Of a stretch of 64,000 nucleotides of DNA, positions 50,290 through 64,000 are shown piece by piece. Below the pieces are notes generated by a model that worked only from the letters and a program-made list of their open reading frames with translations, was not told where the DNA came from and did not search any database. Numbering within the stretch: the first letter of the stretch is position 1; each line of letters begins with the position of its first letter. Source of the stretch: Paraspadella gotoi. Lineage: Eukaryota > Animalia > Chaetognatha. The position numbers were made by a program, and so were the translations under genes. The stretch covers positions 2,222,793 to 2,286,792 of the forward strand of contig CM119267.1 in the NCBI GenBank assembly GCA_051294375.1, in the 5' to 3' direction.

Positions 50290-50611
50290 GATGGACTTAA
50301 GAGGAGCGAAATGGAAAATGGAAAGGATTAAGAGGAGCACTGCGTTGACTGGAGCGAAAATAACTCCAACGAAAGAGAGAAAAGCTTCTCTTAAACTTAC
50401 CTAAAAAGGAAAATGAAAGACTCGAATCGGACAGCTGCGCAGGAGCGAACGGGTCCGTCGAAGAGCGGACACGTCTGTCGAGAAGCGAAATATAGTCCAT
50501 CGCAGAAGCGGACGTTCGCTCAGATGGAGCAAAGAAACGCGTCTTTCGCTTAACGGGTGACGTCTGCCACGACAAATTGACGCTCAGCTGAAAACTTCCG
50601 GTCAGAGGACG

Positions 50612-50642
<31 letters not shown>

Positions 50643-51162
50643 ATCATTTCGGTGGAGATTTAGCGCGATTCGTCGACATCTCTCTCCTTCACTCCCTCTT
50701 CTGGATTTCTCCTCCCACTCTCCCTCTCTCCTCGTCCTTCGTCTTCTCAAGAAATCTCCTCTACTCGTCATCATCATCGTCGTCGTCGTCATCATCTTCG
50801 GCCGATCTTCAGATTCTTCTCGACGATCCTCTCCGAGAGAGAGCGCTCCGACTTCTCCGCTGAAGGACTAACTTGTCCCTCTCCACCCCTTCCTCCTTTC
50901 TGATCGGCAATTCCCCTCCCTCTCCCTCTCTTCCTTCCCTCCCTCTCTCTCACCCTCTCTTCCTTCCCCTCCCTCTCTCTCTCCCTCTCTCCTTCCCCTC
51001 CCTCTCTCTCTCCCTCTCTTCCTCCCTCCCTCTCTCTCTCCCTCTTTCTCTCATCCCTCGTCGCTCATAGTTACTCACTCTTCTTTCTCGCGTCATCAAC
51101 TCTGCTTCTCGACGGAGGGCGTCGTCGTCGTCGTCGTCGTCGTCGTCATCTCCGTCTCGTCT

Positions 51163-51196
<34 letters not shown>

Positions 51197-51623
51197 TACC
51201 GCTGAGGGCGAAACCAACTCTCAAAACAACATCGTCCTCATCATCGTCATCATCATTCTTCTCTCACTACCGTCGGTCGCCAGGGAATAAACTTTGCCCC
51301 CAGGGTGCCATCGCCCCCTCGCCCCCTCCTCCTCCTCTTCCTCCTCCTCTGCCCTCACGAGGCCATCTCAGCCCAGCACAAATCGTTTCGGCGGTGCCGA
51401 CCGGGGCTACAGTTGGCTTCGATTGCGTCGTGCCCGAGGGGCTGGGGGCGTGGATCAGGTGGCTGGGATGAGGGGGGGAGCTTGTGGATGGGGGCTGTGG
51501 GCGAGGGAGTTGGGAGTCGTGGCGAATCTCTGGGGAGAAGAGAGAAATTTTCTGCTCTCTAAAATTTATGAATGAAGGTTGAGCATTAAATACGTGGAAG
51601 AGAAGTGAGTGTGTGTGAGGAGA

Positions 51624-51694
<71 letters not shown>

Positions 51695-52242
51695 TAGAGA
51701 GAGAGAGAGAAAATCAAAAGCGATGAAAAGAAAAAGGAAATAGAAAAGAAAAGAAAGAAAAGAAAAGAAAGAAAAGAAAAGAAAAGAAAAAAAAAGAAAA
51801 AAAAGAAAAGAAAGAAAAGAAAAGAAAAGAAAGAAAAGAAAAGAAAAGAAAAGAAAAGAAATAGAAAGAAACGCGAAACGATTTTCTTTTATGATGACCG
51901 AGATCCATTTCGCGCTGGAAGCATTGGCGGCACTCACCTCTATGTGACGGAGTCACCTCGGTGAAACATACAATCTCTTCACAATCACATCACAATCACC
52001 ATCACATGACCCCAAATCAATCTCGCTCCCACTGTCTCACTGATTCTCGGAGTACCCAGTTTTCACTGGTGAAATTATTCACGCCTCTGTCGTCCTCTGG
52101 AACGGAGACGCTTAGGGACACATCACCGCTTCACAACCTCGACGTGAGGGCCGAGGGGGGGGTGGATCAGGGGTCAGGGGGTCAGGGGTAGGTCACCCAT
52201 GGGTCAGGTTGTCCGGGTCAGGGATTTGAGAGGTAAGAGAGA

Positions 52243-52278
<36 letters not shown>

Positions 52279-52279
52279 A

Positions 52280-52333
<54 letters not shown>

Positions 52334-53571
52334 TGACAGACAGACAGACAGAGAGACTCCTCTTCATCTCCTCTCTTCTCCTCCAGGGACGGTGTCAACA
52401 ACCGACACGAAGATCCTCACCCTCAACGGTCGAGACGCCGCCGACAATTCGTCAACACAGACCAAATACGAATTTCGTCGAAAAGAAGAAAAACTACGTC
52501 CTCGTAATTCGTGACGTGAAGATCGAAACGCGGGAAAATTACAGGTGGGACGTGGCAGGCGTGGCAGGCGTGGCAGGTGGGCGTGGCGGGGAGGTGGGAG
52601 TTTAATTTTAAGAAGTGAAGGAATGAATGATAAATTAAAATTAAGCAAAATAAAATTAAAGAAGGTATAATCTTAATATTAAAAAGAATATATAAAATAA
52701 GAAACAGAATAATTATAAATGGAATCTACTAGGGCGTTTCGAAAAATCTTCTCTCTTTCTTCTTCTCTCTCTCTTTCTTCTCTCTTTCTCTCTCTTTCTC
52801 TCTCTCTCTCTCTCCATTAGCACCTCGCCTTAAAAATTGTTTATGTGCCGCACCACAAAGGGCAACGCTCGAAACCCTGACCTCAGTTCCAACCGTTTTT
52901 CTCCTACGCCGATCAACTCCGACCAACTCCGACCAACTCCAGCCGACTCGACCAATTCCATTGTCTACTACCGATTTTTTACCGATTCCAAATCACTCCG
53001 ACTTATGTTCAGATCAAGACCGACTAATTCCGTCCAATTCTGACCAACTCTAAACCAATGTCAGAGACGGGGAATTATGATGTACTCGACCGACTCCGAC
53101 AAATTCGACCGACTCTGACTAATACGACAGTTCCAATGAACTCCGACCGATCCTATTGTCTCCTACCAATTTTACGGTTTCCAAACCACTCCGACTGATG
53201 CAGATCGAGGCCCGACTACCTCCGGACCGATTCAACCGACTCCGACCAATGCAGAGACGGGTTCTCACCCAGAAGTGAATCGCCATTATCGCCTTATCAC
53301 TTTCACTAATCACCATCAACCTCACTATCACCGTCACTAATCATCTTCATCACTATCAGCCTTCTGTTTCAAGCATTTCCCATCACCGATCACTCGTTCA
53401 TTTTTTTTCAATTCGTTAATAAACGAAAAAAAAAAGTTATTTTTTTTAGGATATAAAGACTTTTTAAATTTGAAGCCAATTTGTAAACAAGGTCATCTCT
53501 CTACCTATTATCGCCCTTAAAACATTCGACACATCTTCCATCTCAGCCGATCCATGTACCCTCCTCTCTCG

Positions 53572-53628
<57 letters not shown>

Positions 53629-56357
53629 CTGCCTTCCCTCTTGTCTTCTCCCTCAGCCCCCTTTTCCCTCCGCTCCCTATTCTGCCTCACCCAAAAGTCT
53701 TGACCTCTCCTCGACTTTCGACGCCCCGCCTCGGCGATCGATGACCTGACCTCAACATAACCTCAACCATAACCTCACCATAAATCTCGTACGTAATCAT
53801 TACTCACCAAAATATGACGTCGCTCGAAACCGGAAGAGAAATTATGAACTTCCTCGATCGAGGAGAGAGGAAAGAGTGCGTGGGGAAAGTAAATTAAGGT
53901 AAGTTAATTAAATAAAGGTAAAGTAAGAAAAGGAAAGTAAAGTAAAGTTAAGAAAGGTAAAGAAAAGAAATATTATGTAAGTAGAAAAAATGTAAAGTAA
54001 AGTAAAAATGAAGTAAAGTTAATTCAAGAAAGATAAATTTAAGTAAAAAATGTAAAGTCAAGTAAAATAAGATGTTCAGAACGATTAGTATCTTTAAAAA
54101 TATCTTTCTTGTTCATGAGACAAATCATTGATAAAGACAAATATCGGGCGAATGTTTTTTTGGATAAATGAGGCGTCTAACTCAATTAAAAGCTACAAAT
54201 ATTTCACATCGAAAACGTTAAGTGAAAAATCTTTTAAAAAAAATCTTAGTCGTCGTCGTTTTTGTCGTTCGTCATATCGTTGTTGTTGTTATTGTTATTG
54301 TTGTTGTTGTCGTCGTCATTCATCGTTGACGATTCCAACAAAAGTCCTCATCTCTGCCCACATCTCTGCCAAATCTTTGTCCACATTCACGACCACACAC
54401 TGTGTGTCAAAGTCTCAACCACAGAAAACGAGATTGTCTCATCCTTCCCCCCCCCTCGGCCTCCTTTCACCCCCTTCCCCGCTCGATCCCCCCCCCGATC
54501 GTCGTCGCATTTTACTCAATTCTGACCTTTCTTTCATTTTCCGATTTCCTCCTTCTCTTCTCCCTCTCCTCCTCCCTTTCTCCTCTCCTCCTCCTCTCTC
54601 CCTCTCTTCCTCCTCTTCTCCCTCTCCTCCTCCTCTCTCCCTCTCCTACTTCTCTTCTCCCTCTCCTACTTCTCTTCTCCCTCTTCTCCTCCTCTTCTCC
54701 CTCTCCTCCTCCTCTTCTCCCACTCCTCCTCCTCTTCTCCTCTCCTCCTTTTATTCATCCCTCTCCTCCTCCACTTCTCCTCTCTCCTTCTCTTCTCACC
54801 TCTCCTCCTCCTCTCTCCTCTTTCTCCTCCTCTTCCCCCTCTCCTCCTCCCCTCTTCCTCCTCCCTTCCTCGCCCCCTCTCGTCTCCCTCTCTCTCTTTC
54901 TCTTCCTCTCCCCCTCCCTCTCTACTTCTCCCTCTTTCCTCGTGATGAATGTTCTTTGAGAAATAGACGGAAAAATTATTTGCCATCGACTCTGTCTCGC
55001 TATCGCTCTTTGCTTTTCTCTATTCATCCTTCTTTCCTTTTATCTATCTACTATTTTATCTATTATCTATCTATTTATCTATCTATCTGTCTGGCTATCT
55101 ATCATCGATCATCAAACTATCTTTCAATTTATCTATTTAATATCGTCTCTGGTTCTTTGATCTATTAATCTCTCTCTCTCTCTCCCCCTCTCTCTCTCTC
55201 TTTTTTCTCTCTGTCTCTCTCTCTCCTCTCTCTTCTTTCTTCTCTCTCCCCGTCTTTCATTTTTTCTTTCTCTTCCCGCCCGTCGGATGAAATATTCGAT
55301 GAAAGGCAAGAAACTGCTTTTCGCTCCGGAGATCGAGAAACTCGGCTTTCCTTCGTCGGAGAGAGAGAGAGAGAGAAGAGAGGATGGACGCTCCGTTTCG
55401 TGAAAGAGCGGACAGGTGAGTTTTTGCTATCGAAGGTCATTCTTCGTGTGGTGAGAGAGAAGAGAGAGAAGAGAGAAGAGGAGAGAGAGAGAGAGAGAGG
55501 AGAGCAGAGAGAGAGAGAGAAGAGAGAGTAGAGAGAAGAGATGAGAGAGAGAGAGAGACGTCTAGACTAAAGTTACTCTTTTCCTTTTCCTCTTTGAAAA
55601 GGTTGACGCGAACTTAAATGAAATTTGCATACTGACTTGTTCGTTAAACCCAAATAATGTTTTAAGTTAGTAAATTCAATTACTATGAATTAATGGGAAA
55701 AAGATATGATACTTTTTCAGCGTTTAAAAATAATGAACCATAAAATGTTTAACATAATTTTTATATTCATTATAATTTACCAGTGAACAAAACTTTGGCA
55801 TTATCGATTTTTCTCTCAGCGAAAAAAAAGGGGAGAGACCTACGAACCCAAAAATCGAAACTTTTTACGGACCTAAGGACAAGAAGACCCTGTTTTCCTA
55901 TTCTGCAGTTCCTTTACCCATGACTTGAGACCTGTTAAGACAAGATTGAAGAACTGAGACCCAAGAGAGAGACCTTAGAACCACGACTGAACACTCTTGG
56001 AGGCAAAACTTAAAAAAGTCAGTTCGATGCGAGACTGAAGGTTTCAATCAATTATAAAAGAAGCCAAAAGAAAATATGTGATGTCTCAAAAAATGAATAT
56101 ATCGGAAAACCTAGTCCAAAAACCCGGGAGACCAGGAAGCCTAATAGCTGAAAACCGAAGACCAGACGGGGAATTAGAGAAGATTATTGACCGCGACCCC
56201 AAATCGGCAAATGGTAAGAATCAGGCAAAAAAAAAATGGGCAGAAAAATGGGGCAGATATAAGCCCTCGGAAAAAATGCAGTTCTTCTGAGCTCTTGGTG
56301 TTCTTTAGAAATCATCTGTCTTTGCCTTTTTGACCGGAACGAGTAAAGGGGGTGGGA

Positions 56358-56433
<76 letters not shown>

Positions 56434-56575
56434 AGAGAGCAAAAGGGCAGAGAAGAAGTTACTCTCTCAGAAATAAAATCGACGCAAAGAAGAAAAAAAA
56501 ATATTCAGAAAAGTTTGGATTTTTTTTCTCACAAAAACAACTCAACGCAACGAGGAGAAAATACGACGACGACAA

Positions 56576-56611
<36 letters not shown>

Positions 56612-56788
56612 AGATGACAACGAGGACAAGGGACAAGAATGACAAGAATGACAAGAAGACAAGAATGACAGAGGCGACAACAAGTGCATAAAGACAAACA
56701 GAACGATAAAGTCTTTAAATCGTTTCTTCAACAGGTAGACTTCTTTGGTTTTGGTTTTGTATTGTGTCAGAGGAGGAGAGAGAGAGAG

Positions 56789-56832
<44 letters not shown>

Positions 56833-57846
56833 GAGAGGGAGTAATAGAAAGAAGGAGAAAGGCAATGGATTTTGCGCAGACAAGAACAAACGGCCTACTA
56901 AGTTAATGCTCAAATTAGTGCGAAAAGCAATTAAAATCGTTTAGCTGTAATTACGTTTCCTTTTTCCTCCCCGTTTGTTTTTTCAGTCTTTTAATTGTTT
57001 GCGCTTACTTTTGTTTTTTGTTTACGAAAGAATAATAGGCAAAAACCGCGTCCAGAAGAAAAAGGAAAAAAATCCTTGGAAAAGAGAAAATAAAAGGAAA
57101 ATGGACCGAAGCAAATTAAGGAAAATAAAAGGAAAAAATGAGTAACATGAAAGGAAAAAGAGAACGGTTAATTCCAATGTTTTGTGACTTTTGTTTTTAC
57201 GTGTATTTCCCTTGATCACGTGATATGACATACATGACATGTCATGGCATGTCTAAAAAATTTCTTTGCCCTATATTTATGAACATGCACTGCACCAGTT
57301 TTAGGAATGCCTGAAGGCGGCGCTAGCAGTCCCTTAAATTTGATGTTTTTTTCTGTATTACAAAATGAGCAACCAACTATAGGCAAATTATATTCATTTT
57401 TAAACGTAAAAGGGACAGACAGACGGACGTACATACCGACGACCAACAGACGACGAAAAGTGACGTGAGAAATAAAATTATGAAATAAAAAGGATAGGAA
57501 ATGAAAAAAAAAAATAAAATAGTGAAATAGAAAACATTGAGAAAAAGAGAGTAAAATAGAAAAAAGAAGAAAGAAAGAATAAAGAGAGAAATCTCTCACG
57601 CCGGAGACTCTCGAGTCGAGACGTGACATCTCTATTCCTTATATAATCACGAGAAACAATTGCTGCTTCCCTTTTTTATTCATCTTTCACTCCTTTCTCT
57701 CTCTCCATTCAAGTCTCAAAGTTGACCTCGAGAGTCTGAATTAAAATTCATGAATAAAAAGCAGAAGAAATGGAATTGAATCCGAGGCGATGAAAGGGAT
57801 GGGGAGAGAGGGGAGGGAGGAGGGAGAGGGAGAGAGAGAGAGAGAT

Positions 57847-57885
<39 letters not shown>

Positions 57886-58187
57886 TAAGAGAACCCGATG
57901 TATAAAAGGAGAGAATGAAATTCAATGAGAAAAAAGGATAGAATAATCAAAAAGAGAAGAAACGTGGAGAAGGACGAAGGAGAGAGAGAGAGAGACGAGA
58001 GAGAGAGAGAGAAGAGAGAGAGAGAAGAGAGAGAAGAGAGGAGAGAGAGAGAGAGAGAGAGAGAGATCAAAAATTGAAAAGGACAGCGAAAGTTGTCAGC
58101 GATTAAGAAACAAAAGAAATTTTCTTTGTCATTCAATCTTTTTTTTGTGTCTCTCATTAACTCTATGTCCTGATTCGTTATGTCTTA

Positions 58188-58270
<83 letters not shown>

Positions 58271-59037
58271 CTCTATCGGACGTCCGACGCGACGATCAAC
58301 AATTAAATTAACAAAAGATTCTTTCAACTTTTTTTCTCTTTTTTTCATTTCAAGTTTTTTCTTATTCATTTTTATTCTAATTTTTTTTTGTCAGGAAGAT
58401 CAGGATTTTTTTTTTCCGTTAAGGATGAATTGAAAAATAATAATAATAATCATACTAATCATTACAGAAATAAACCCATATCAATATATATATAATATAT
58501 ATATCAATATCAATAATAAATATTTATTATTTACATTAGTTTTATGTAAATAAAGAGGCTGGAATGGTTTAAACAAATATAGTGTTAATTTTAAGTTCAA
58601 TTGAAACTGTTTCATAATTATGCCATAAAATCAGTCTACCACTTCATTGATAAGAAAGCCAGGTGCTCTGAGAGTGAATAATCTCGAATGTGAGAGAGTC
58701 TTTGATCGAAAGCTTCCAGGGACCTGGTATGTCATTAAATCTATTAAGAGTTGATGAAGGCATTTAACAACCAAAGTCAGGAGCATGATTCTTAATATTA
58801 AACGACGTTCAATTTTCATCTTGCTTATCCCCTCAATTTAATTCTCTTCTCCAAATCTCTCCGCCAGATGCACCAACATCCTGACGGCCAAACTGATCGT
58901 GGTGGAGCCTCCGGTCTGCATCCCCCAAAACCCAATCCTCGAAGAGAACAGATTCACCTCTTCTCGTGTCAAGTCGTTTCCTCGAGGGACTCCGACTCAC
59001 CTCCGTTGGGTGAGAGGTCGGAGCTCGACCCGGCAGC
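50290..59037 (+). pseudogene. Frameshifted inverted copies of exons E1-E4 (probably an assembly artefact)
   Basis: Copies at ~50290-51458, ~52060-52143, 52387-52544 and 58868-59037 (truncated). Confidence 0.6.
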
Positions 59038-60461
59038 TTGGAGCGAGGGGGCGATTTTATGATCTTTTTTTTTCGGCGAAGGCGATGGGAAAAGTCGTTG
59101 AAGATGTAGAGAGAGAGAGAGACAGAGAGAGAGAGAGAGAAAGAGAGAAGATAGAGAGAGAAAGTGAAAAGCTAAAGAGAGAGTCACAAGATAGAGAGAG
59201 AGAGTCATAAGAAAGATAGAGAGTCATAATATAGAGACAGGGTCATAAGATACAGGGAGAGTCATAAGATAGAGACCGAGTCGGAAGATAGAGACAGAGT
59301 CATTGTCAGAGTCGTAAGATAGAGAGAAAGTCCGAGATGATTTTCGGTCGAACGATTTCAGAAGAAACTGTTGAAGTCGCGATGAATAAATTGAATCTGA
59401 AAACAAAAATGGATAATTTTTTTTTAAACGGGAGCTAAATAATGGGTTTTTAAAAAAATTTTAATTTTAATATAGAAAAGTATAAAGAAGAGAAGAAAAA
59501 TATATTAGGATGAGAGAAAACGATTNNNNNNNNNNNNNNNNNNNNNNNNNNNNNNNNNNNNNNNNNNNNNNNNNNNNNNNNNNNNNNNNNNNNNNNNNNN
59601 NNNNNNNNNNNNNNNNNNNNNNNNNNNNNNNNNNNNNNNNNNNNNNNNNNNNNNNNNNNNNNNNNNNNNNNNNNNNNNNNNNNNNNNNNNNNNNNNNNNN
59701 NNNNNNNNNNNNNNNNNNNNNNNNNNNNNNNNNNNNNNNNNNNNNNNNNNNNNNNNNNNNNNNNNNNNNNNNNNNNNNNNNNNNNCCGTTCCTTCGCCCG
59801 AGCCAGAGTAGAGCGCCCCCTCGGATGTGAAAAAAGGTTTAAGCGCTCAACCGGGGACAACAACACTCTTGGCCCGAGTGGAGGAAACAGCGAGTGAAAC
59901 AATCACTACGATCCTTCCGGGTGATTCACCGCGTGAGATTGTGATTGAGAATTGAGATTCGTGGCTGTGAACACATTCTCCGCTCGTGGTTGTGACGGGC
60001 GCGGGGGGGAGTAGTGAAAATGAGAATTGTGAAAATGGGAGAGAAGATGGAAAAATTTGAGGTGAAGGAGTGTGGGAAAAAAAGGGGAAGTGGGAAAGGA
60101 GAGAGAAGGGGCGAAAGAAGGAAGAGAAGAAAGGAGGAAGGTAAGGGGCAAAAATGGGAAGGAAAGAGGTTCGAGATTGGGGTAGCAGGGAACCACCAAA
60201 AAGTGGGGTCTGGAGGGGGTGAAGAGAGGCATAAAGGGAAGGGGGTAGGAAAGGACGGACGAGTCAACAGCGAAAAAAATGTGACTTTCGATTCTATCGA
60301 CTTTTTTTTTCTTCGAGAGAAAAAAACAGAGTTTTGTTTTTTTTTGGTTTTTTTGTTTTGCTTTTTTTCTTTTTTTTCTGAAGATAGAAAATCGGAAGAG
60401 AAAGTTCGTATTGTGACGCAAGAGGGGGAGATGGGGGGAGAGAGATAGAGAATATTAAAAG

Positions 60462-60528
<67 letters not shown>

Positions 60529-61933
60529 GATTCTTCATCCTTCGACCTCCAACTAAATCGTCTGTCGGTCGAGGACATCGTCAATTGTCGTCGTTGTTGT
60601 TGTTGTCGTCGTCATCAAATCTGACACAGTCGACAATTTTCGATAACAACTCCGCATCACTTTGTCAATGTGTCATTCACTTTGTCAGTGTGTCATTCAC
60701 TTCGTCGGTTCATCCATCTTTTTATCTATAGACTCATCGTCTTTATAAGCTTCATCGTTGTCAGCATTATAATCTCTACTACTTCCTCCTTCTCTCCTTT
60801 TTCATTCTCTCATTCTTTTCCTCTTCCTCCTCCTCCTCCTCTTCCTCTTCCTCATCTCCTTCGTTGAACCGAATCGAAAAAAGCAATTGTCGCTTTCAAT
60901 CCTCCTTTTTTCCTTTTTTTCTTTTCTCCATCTTTCCTTCCTCTTTCCTCTTTCCTCTTTTTATTTTTATTTCTTATTTCCTCTTTCCTCTTTTCATTTT
61001 TATTTCTTATTTCCTCTTTCCTCTTTCCACTTTTCATTTTTATTTCTTATTTCCTATTTCCTCTTTCCTCTTTTCATTTTTATTTCTTATTTCCTCTTTC
61101 CGTTTTTACTTCCTCTCTTTTTTAAGCTTCCATTTTTTTTTCACCGGGCCTTTCTTTCCTTGGAACCAGGCAGGGCGGAGCAGGGCAGGGCAGGGCCCCG
61201 ATTTCTTTTGTATTAGATTTCGTTATTTCCATTACTACTTAATAGTACTTATTATACCGCAGACATATGACAGTACTTCTCCTTTCCATCTTGTTTTCTT
61301 ACCTCAAATTCTTAACCTCACCTTTTCTTCCTTACCTTCTCACCGCCTCACTACGGTTTTTCATTTTTAATTCATTGTTTTCATTTTTTTTTAAATCCAA
61401 CTAACTCCGGTTTTTTAAAATTTTTTTTCTCAATTTTTCTTTTTTTTTTTNNNNNNNNNNNNNNNNNNNNNNNNNNNNNNNNNNNNNNNNNNNNNNNNNN
61501 NNNNNNNNNNNNNNNNNNNNNNNNNNNNNNNNNNNNNNNNNNNNNNNNNNNNNNNNNNNNNNNNNNNNNNNNNNNNNNNNNNNNNNNNNNNNNNNNNNNN
61601 NNNNNNNNNNNNNNNNNNNNNNNNNNNNNNNNNNNNNNNNNNNNNNNNNNNNNNNNNNNNNNNNNNTGTGAAAAAAAAAACAAATGAGTTTTTTTTTCAT
61701 TTTTTCTTTTTGAAATTAACCACGAATCACGAATTCAGATGCGAACAGATTTTGTGAAATGAAAAGTTTATGAGTTGAAAAAGTGAAATTCGGTTTCACG
61801 CTAGTGATGTGTAATCATACGATTTCTCCTAATCAGATGTGAATATTAAATATCGAATTTAAGAATTGTGCCATTATGATCAGCTGATTTCATGTATAAA
61901 CTCTTTATTTTAATTTGAATTTAACAGTGATAT

Positions 61934-61968
<35 letters not shown>

Positions 61969-62493
61969 NNNNNNNNNNNNNNNNNNNNNNNNNNNNNNNN
62001 NNNNNNNNNNNNNNNNNNNNNNNNNNNNNNNNNNNNNNNNNNNNNNNNNNNNNNNNNNNNNNNNNNNNNNNNNNNNNNNTCTCTCATGATCTTTGGATCT
62101 CCATGCGGTCATGAGCCTGACCTTAACTGACCAATTAAGCGGACACGTCCGCAGCAGCATCGACGGCGGCGGCGGCGGCGGCGTCTGCTGCGAGAGACCA
62201 ACCTTCTGAAACTCTTCTTCACTTTCCGATTTTCTACATAATTTTCAGCAATATTTTTTTATCTCCTAATTTTTGAATTCTAATGTTAATCAAAATTGTT
62301 GAGAGGAACTCAATTCCCTCCTTTCTTCCTCCCCCTCTTCCTCCTCCCTTTCTCCCTCCCTTCTTCCTCTTCCTCCCCCTCTTCCTCCCCCCTTTCTCCC
62401 TCCCTACCTCTCCCCTTCCCTTTTCAACCAAAATCGTAAAACGAAGAAAAAAAAAAGAAACTTGGAATTTTCGCGATGAGATCGAGTTTTTTA

Positions 62494-62591
<98 letters not shown>

Positions 62592-62602
62592 GTGAGTGGT
62601 CA

Positions 62603-62617
62603 GTTGCCATGGGTAAC
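62603..62617. promoter_or_regulatory. RFX X-box-like motif GTTGCCATGGGTAAC
   Basis: Matches GTTNCC-N3-RGYAAC; no target gene identified in the window. Confidence 0.35.
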
Positions 62618-63334
62618 GGGTCATGGGTTACGGGTCAAGGGGGCCGATTCTTGCTCCGAGTTCGTTGACCCTCGTCGATGTTCGGTCGTTGGATTCTTAT
62701 CATTTTGAGTCTTGAGGGCAAAAAAGTCCGAATCGTTTCCGTCTCATTTGAGTGGCATTTGAGTGGCATTCGAGTGGCATTTGAGTGGAATTTGGGTGGC
62801 ATTTAAGAGGAATTTGAATTCTCACCAATCTAAATTAAAAAAAAAACTTATCCATTAATTCAATAAATAAACTATCTTGCCTTTGATTATGAATTTTTTT
62901 ATGAGATTGAAAAGCAAAAGTGCAGCTTCTTAATTTCAGTCGTACAGCAATATAACGAAATCCTTTCTGCTCATCAGCTCTGTCTTGTAATGCAGTCAAA
63001 TTTGTGAATGCGAGAATTTAGGCCCATTTCAATGATGCTCTCCTTTTGACACACACTTCGGCGTCACTGCAGTCTTTATGGCCTCTGTAGTCTTTCTGGC
63101 CTTAGCTGTCTTTCTGCCTCTGCAGTCTTTCTGGCCTCTGCAGTCTTTCTGGCCTTAGCTGTCTTTCTGCCTCTGCAGTCTGCACTCTGCAGTCTGCAGT
63201 CTATCTGGCCTTTGCAATCGATCTGCACTTTGTATTATCTTTGGCCTTTTTTGGCCTTTTCTGGCCTTTAAATGGCTTGCATTTCTTCGCTTTTCCTTAA
63301 ATCGTTCTCTCTTCGCGCTCTTTAATTCCTGCGC

Positions 63335-63381
<47 letters not shown>

Positions 63382-64000
63382 CCCCACAATGCGGGTCTCT
63401 GGAGAAAAGGTGGCCAACACATTAACACCATCGTTCTCGTTTAGTGCAGTAGATAAAGAGAATTGCTCTACGACCGGTAGGGGGCCCGACAAGGCGACAA
63501 CGACGACGATGACGACGACGACGAAGACGACGGTGACGACGACGACGACGCTAGACTTTGTACGTAAATTTTGGATTTGCGAATTTGATTCCCGCAATAA
63601 AATGCGTTTTCACCTTTGTAGCTCTTTATTGAAATTATTAGCATAATTATTATATCAATATCATCACATCGAAAACAATGGCAAAGTGTCAACAATGCTG
63701 ACAAGGATTTAACTTAAAACAACCGACAACGATGATGAAAGAGGCGGAAAAGATGACAGAAACGACGACGAAAACAACGACGACATTGAATATAAAGCAA
63801 AGAACGCGGATGAAAGTGACGCGTCCAACCCATAATTTACATTTCACTGTTTTTACAATGGGATTTTAATTGTAATTAGTCGATGTTGTCAGAACAGAAG
63901 GCTTCCTGTTGCGAGTTTAAGCGTCGCCTCTTCGCATGGCGTGCGAGTTTAAACGTGTTGTGACATGTTGAGGCGTGTCTCGAACTGTCGTGGAGTGGTT

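Overview
Eukaryotic (invertebrate animal-like) draft-assembly window, rich in AT and microsatellites, with many N gaps. Almost all long ORFs in the supplied track are translations of (AG)n, (GGAA)n or (GAC)n repeats. Splicing by hand recovers one large minus-strand gene of about 15 exons (~45.4 kb to 9.9 kb). The junction phases are consistent, except one that needs a single-base correction in a noisy copy. It encodes a type I immunoglobulin-superfamily membrane protein: signal-like segment, four Ig-like domains, a TM helix, and a cytoplasmic tail ending in an EF-hand module resembling the C1orf87 C-terminus, an unusual architecture. Two giant inverted duplications (15629-23205 vs ~23688-31220; 34421-46560 vs 49274-59037) each fold at a 25-N gap and have indel-ridden second arms. 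They are most likely long-read gap-filling or chimera artefacts, but they supply the exon sequence missing in the gaps. Also present: a Penelope-like inverted terminus with a minimal hammerhead motif, two tRNA-derived SINE heads, RFX X-box matches, and ~45-46 bp minisatellites at intron 5' ends.
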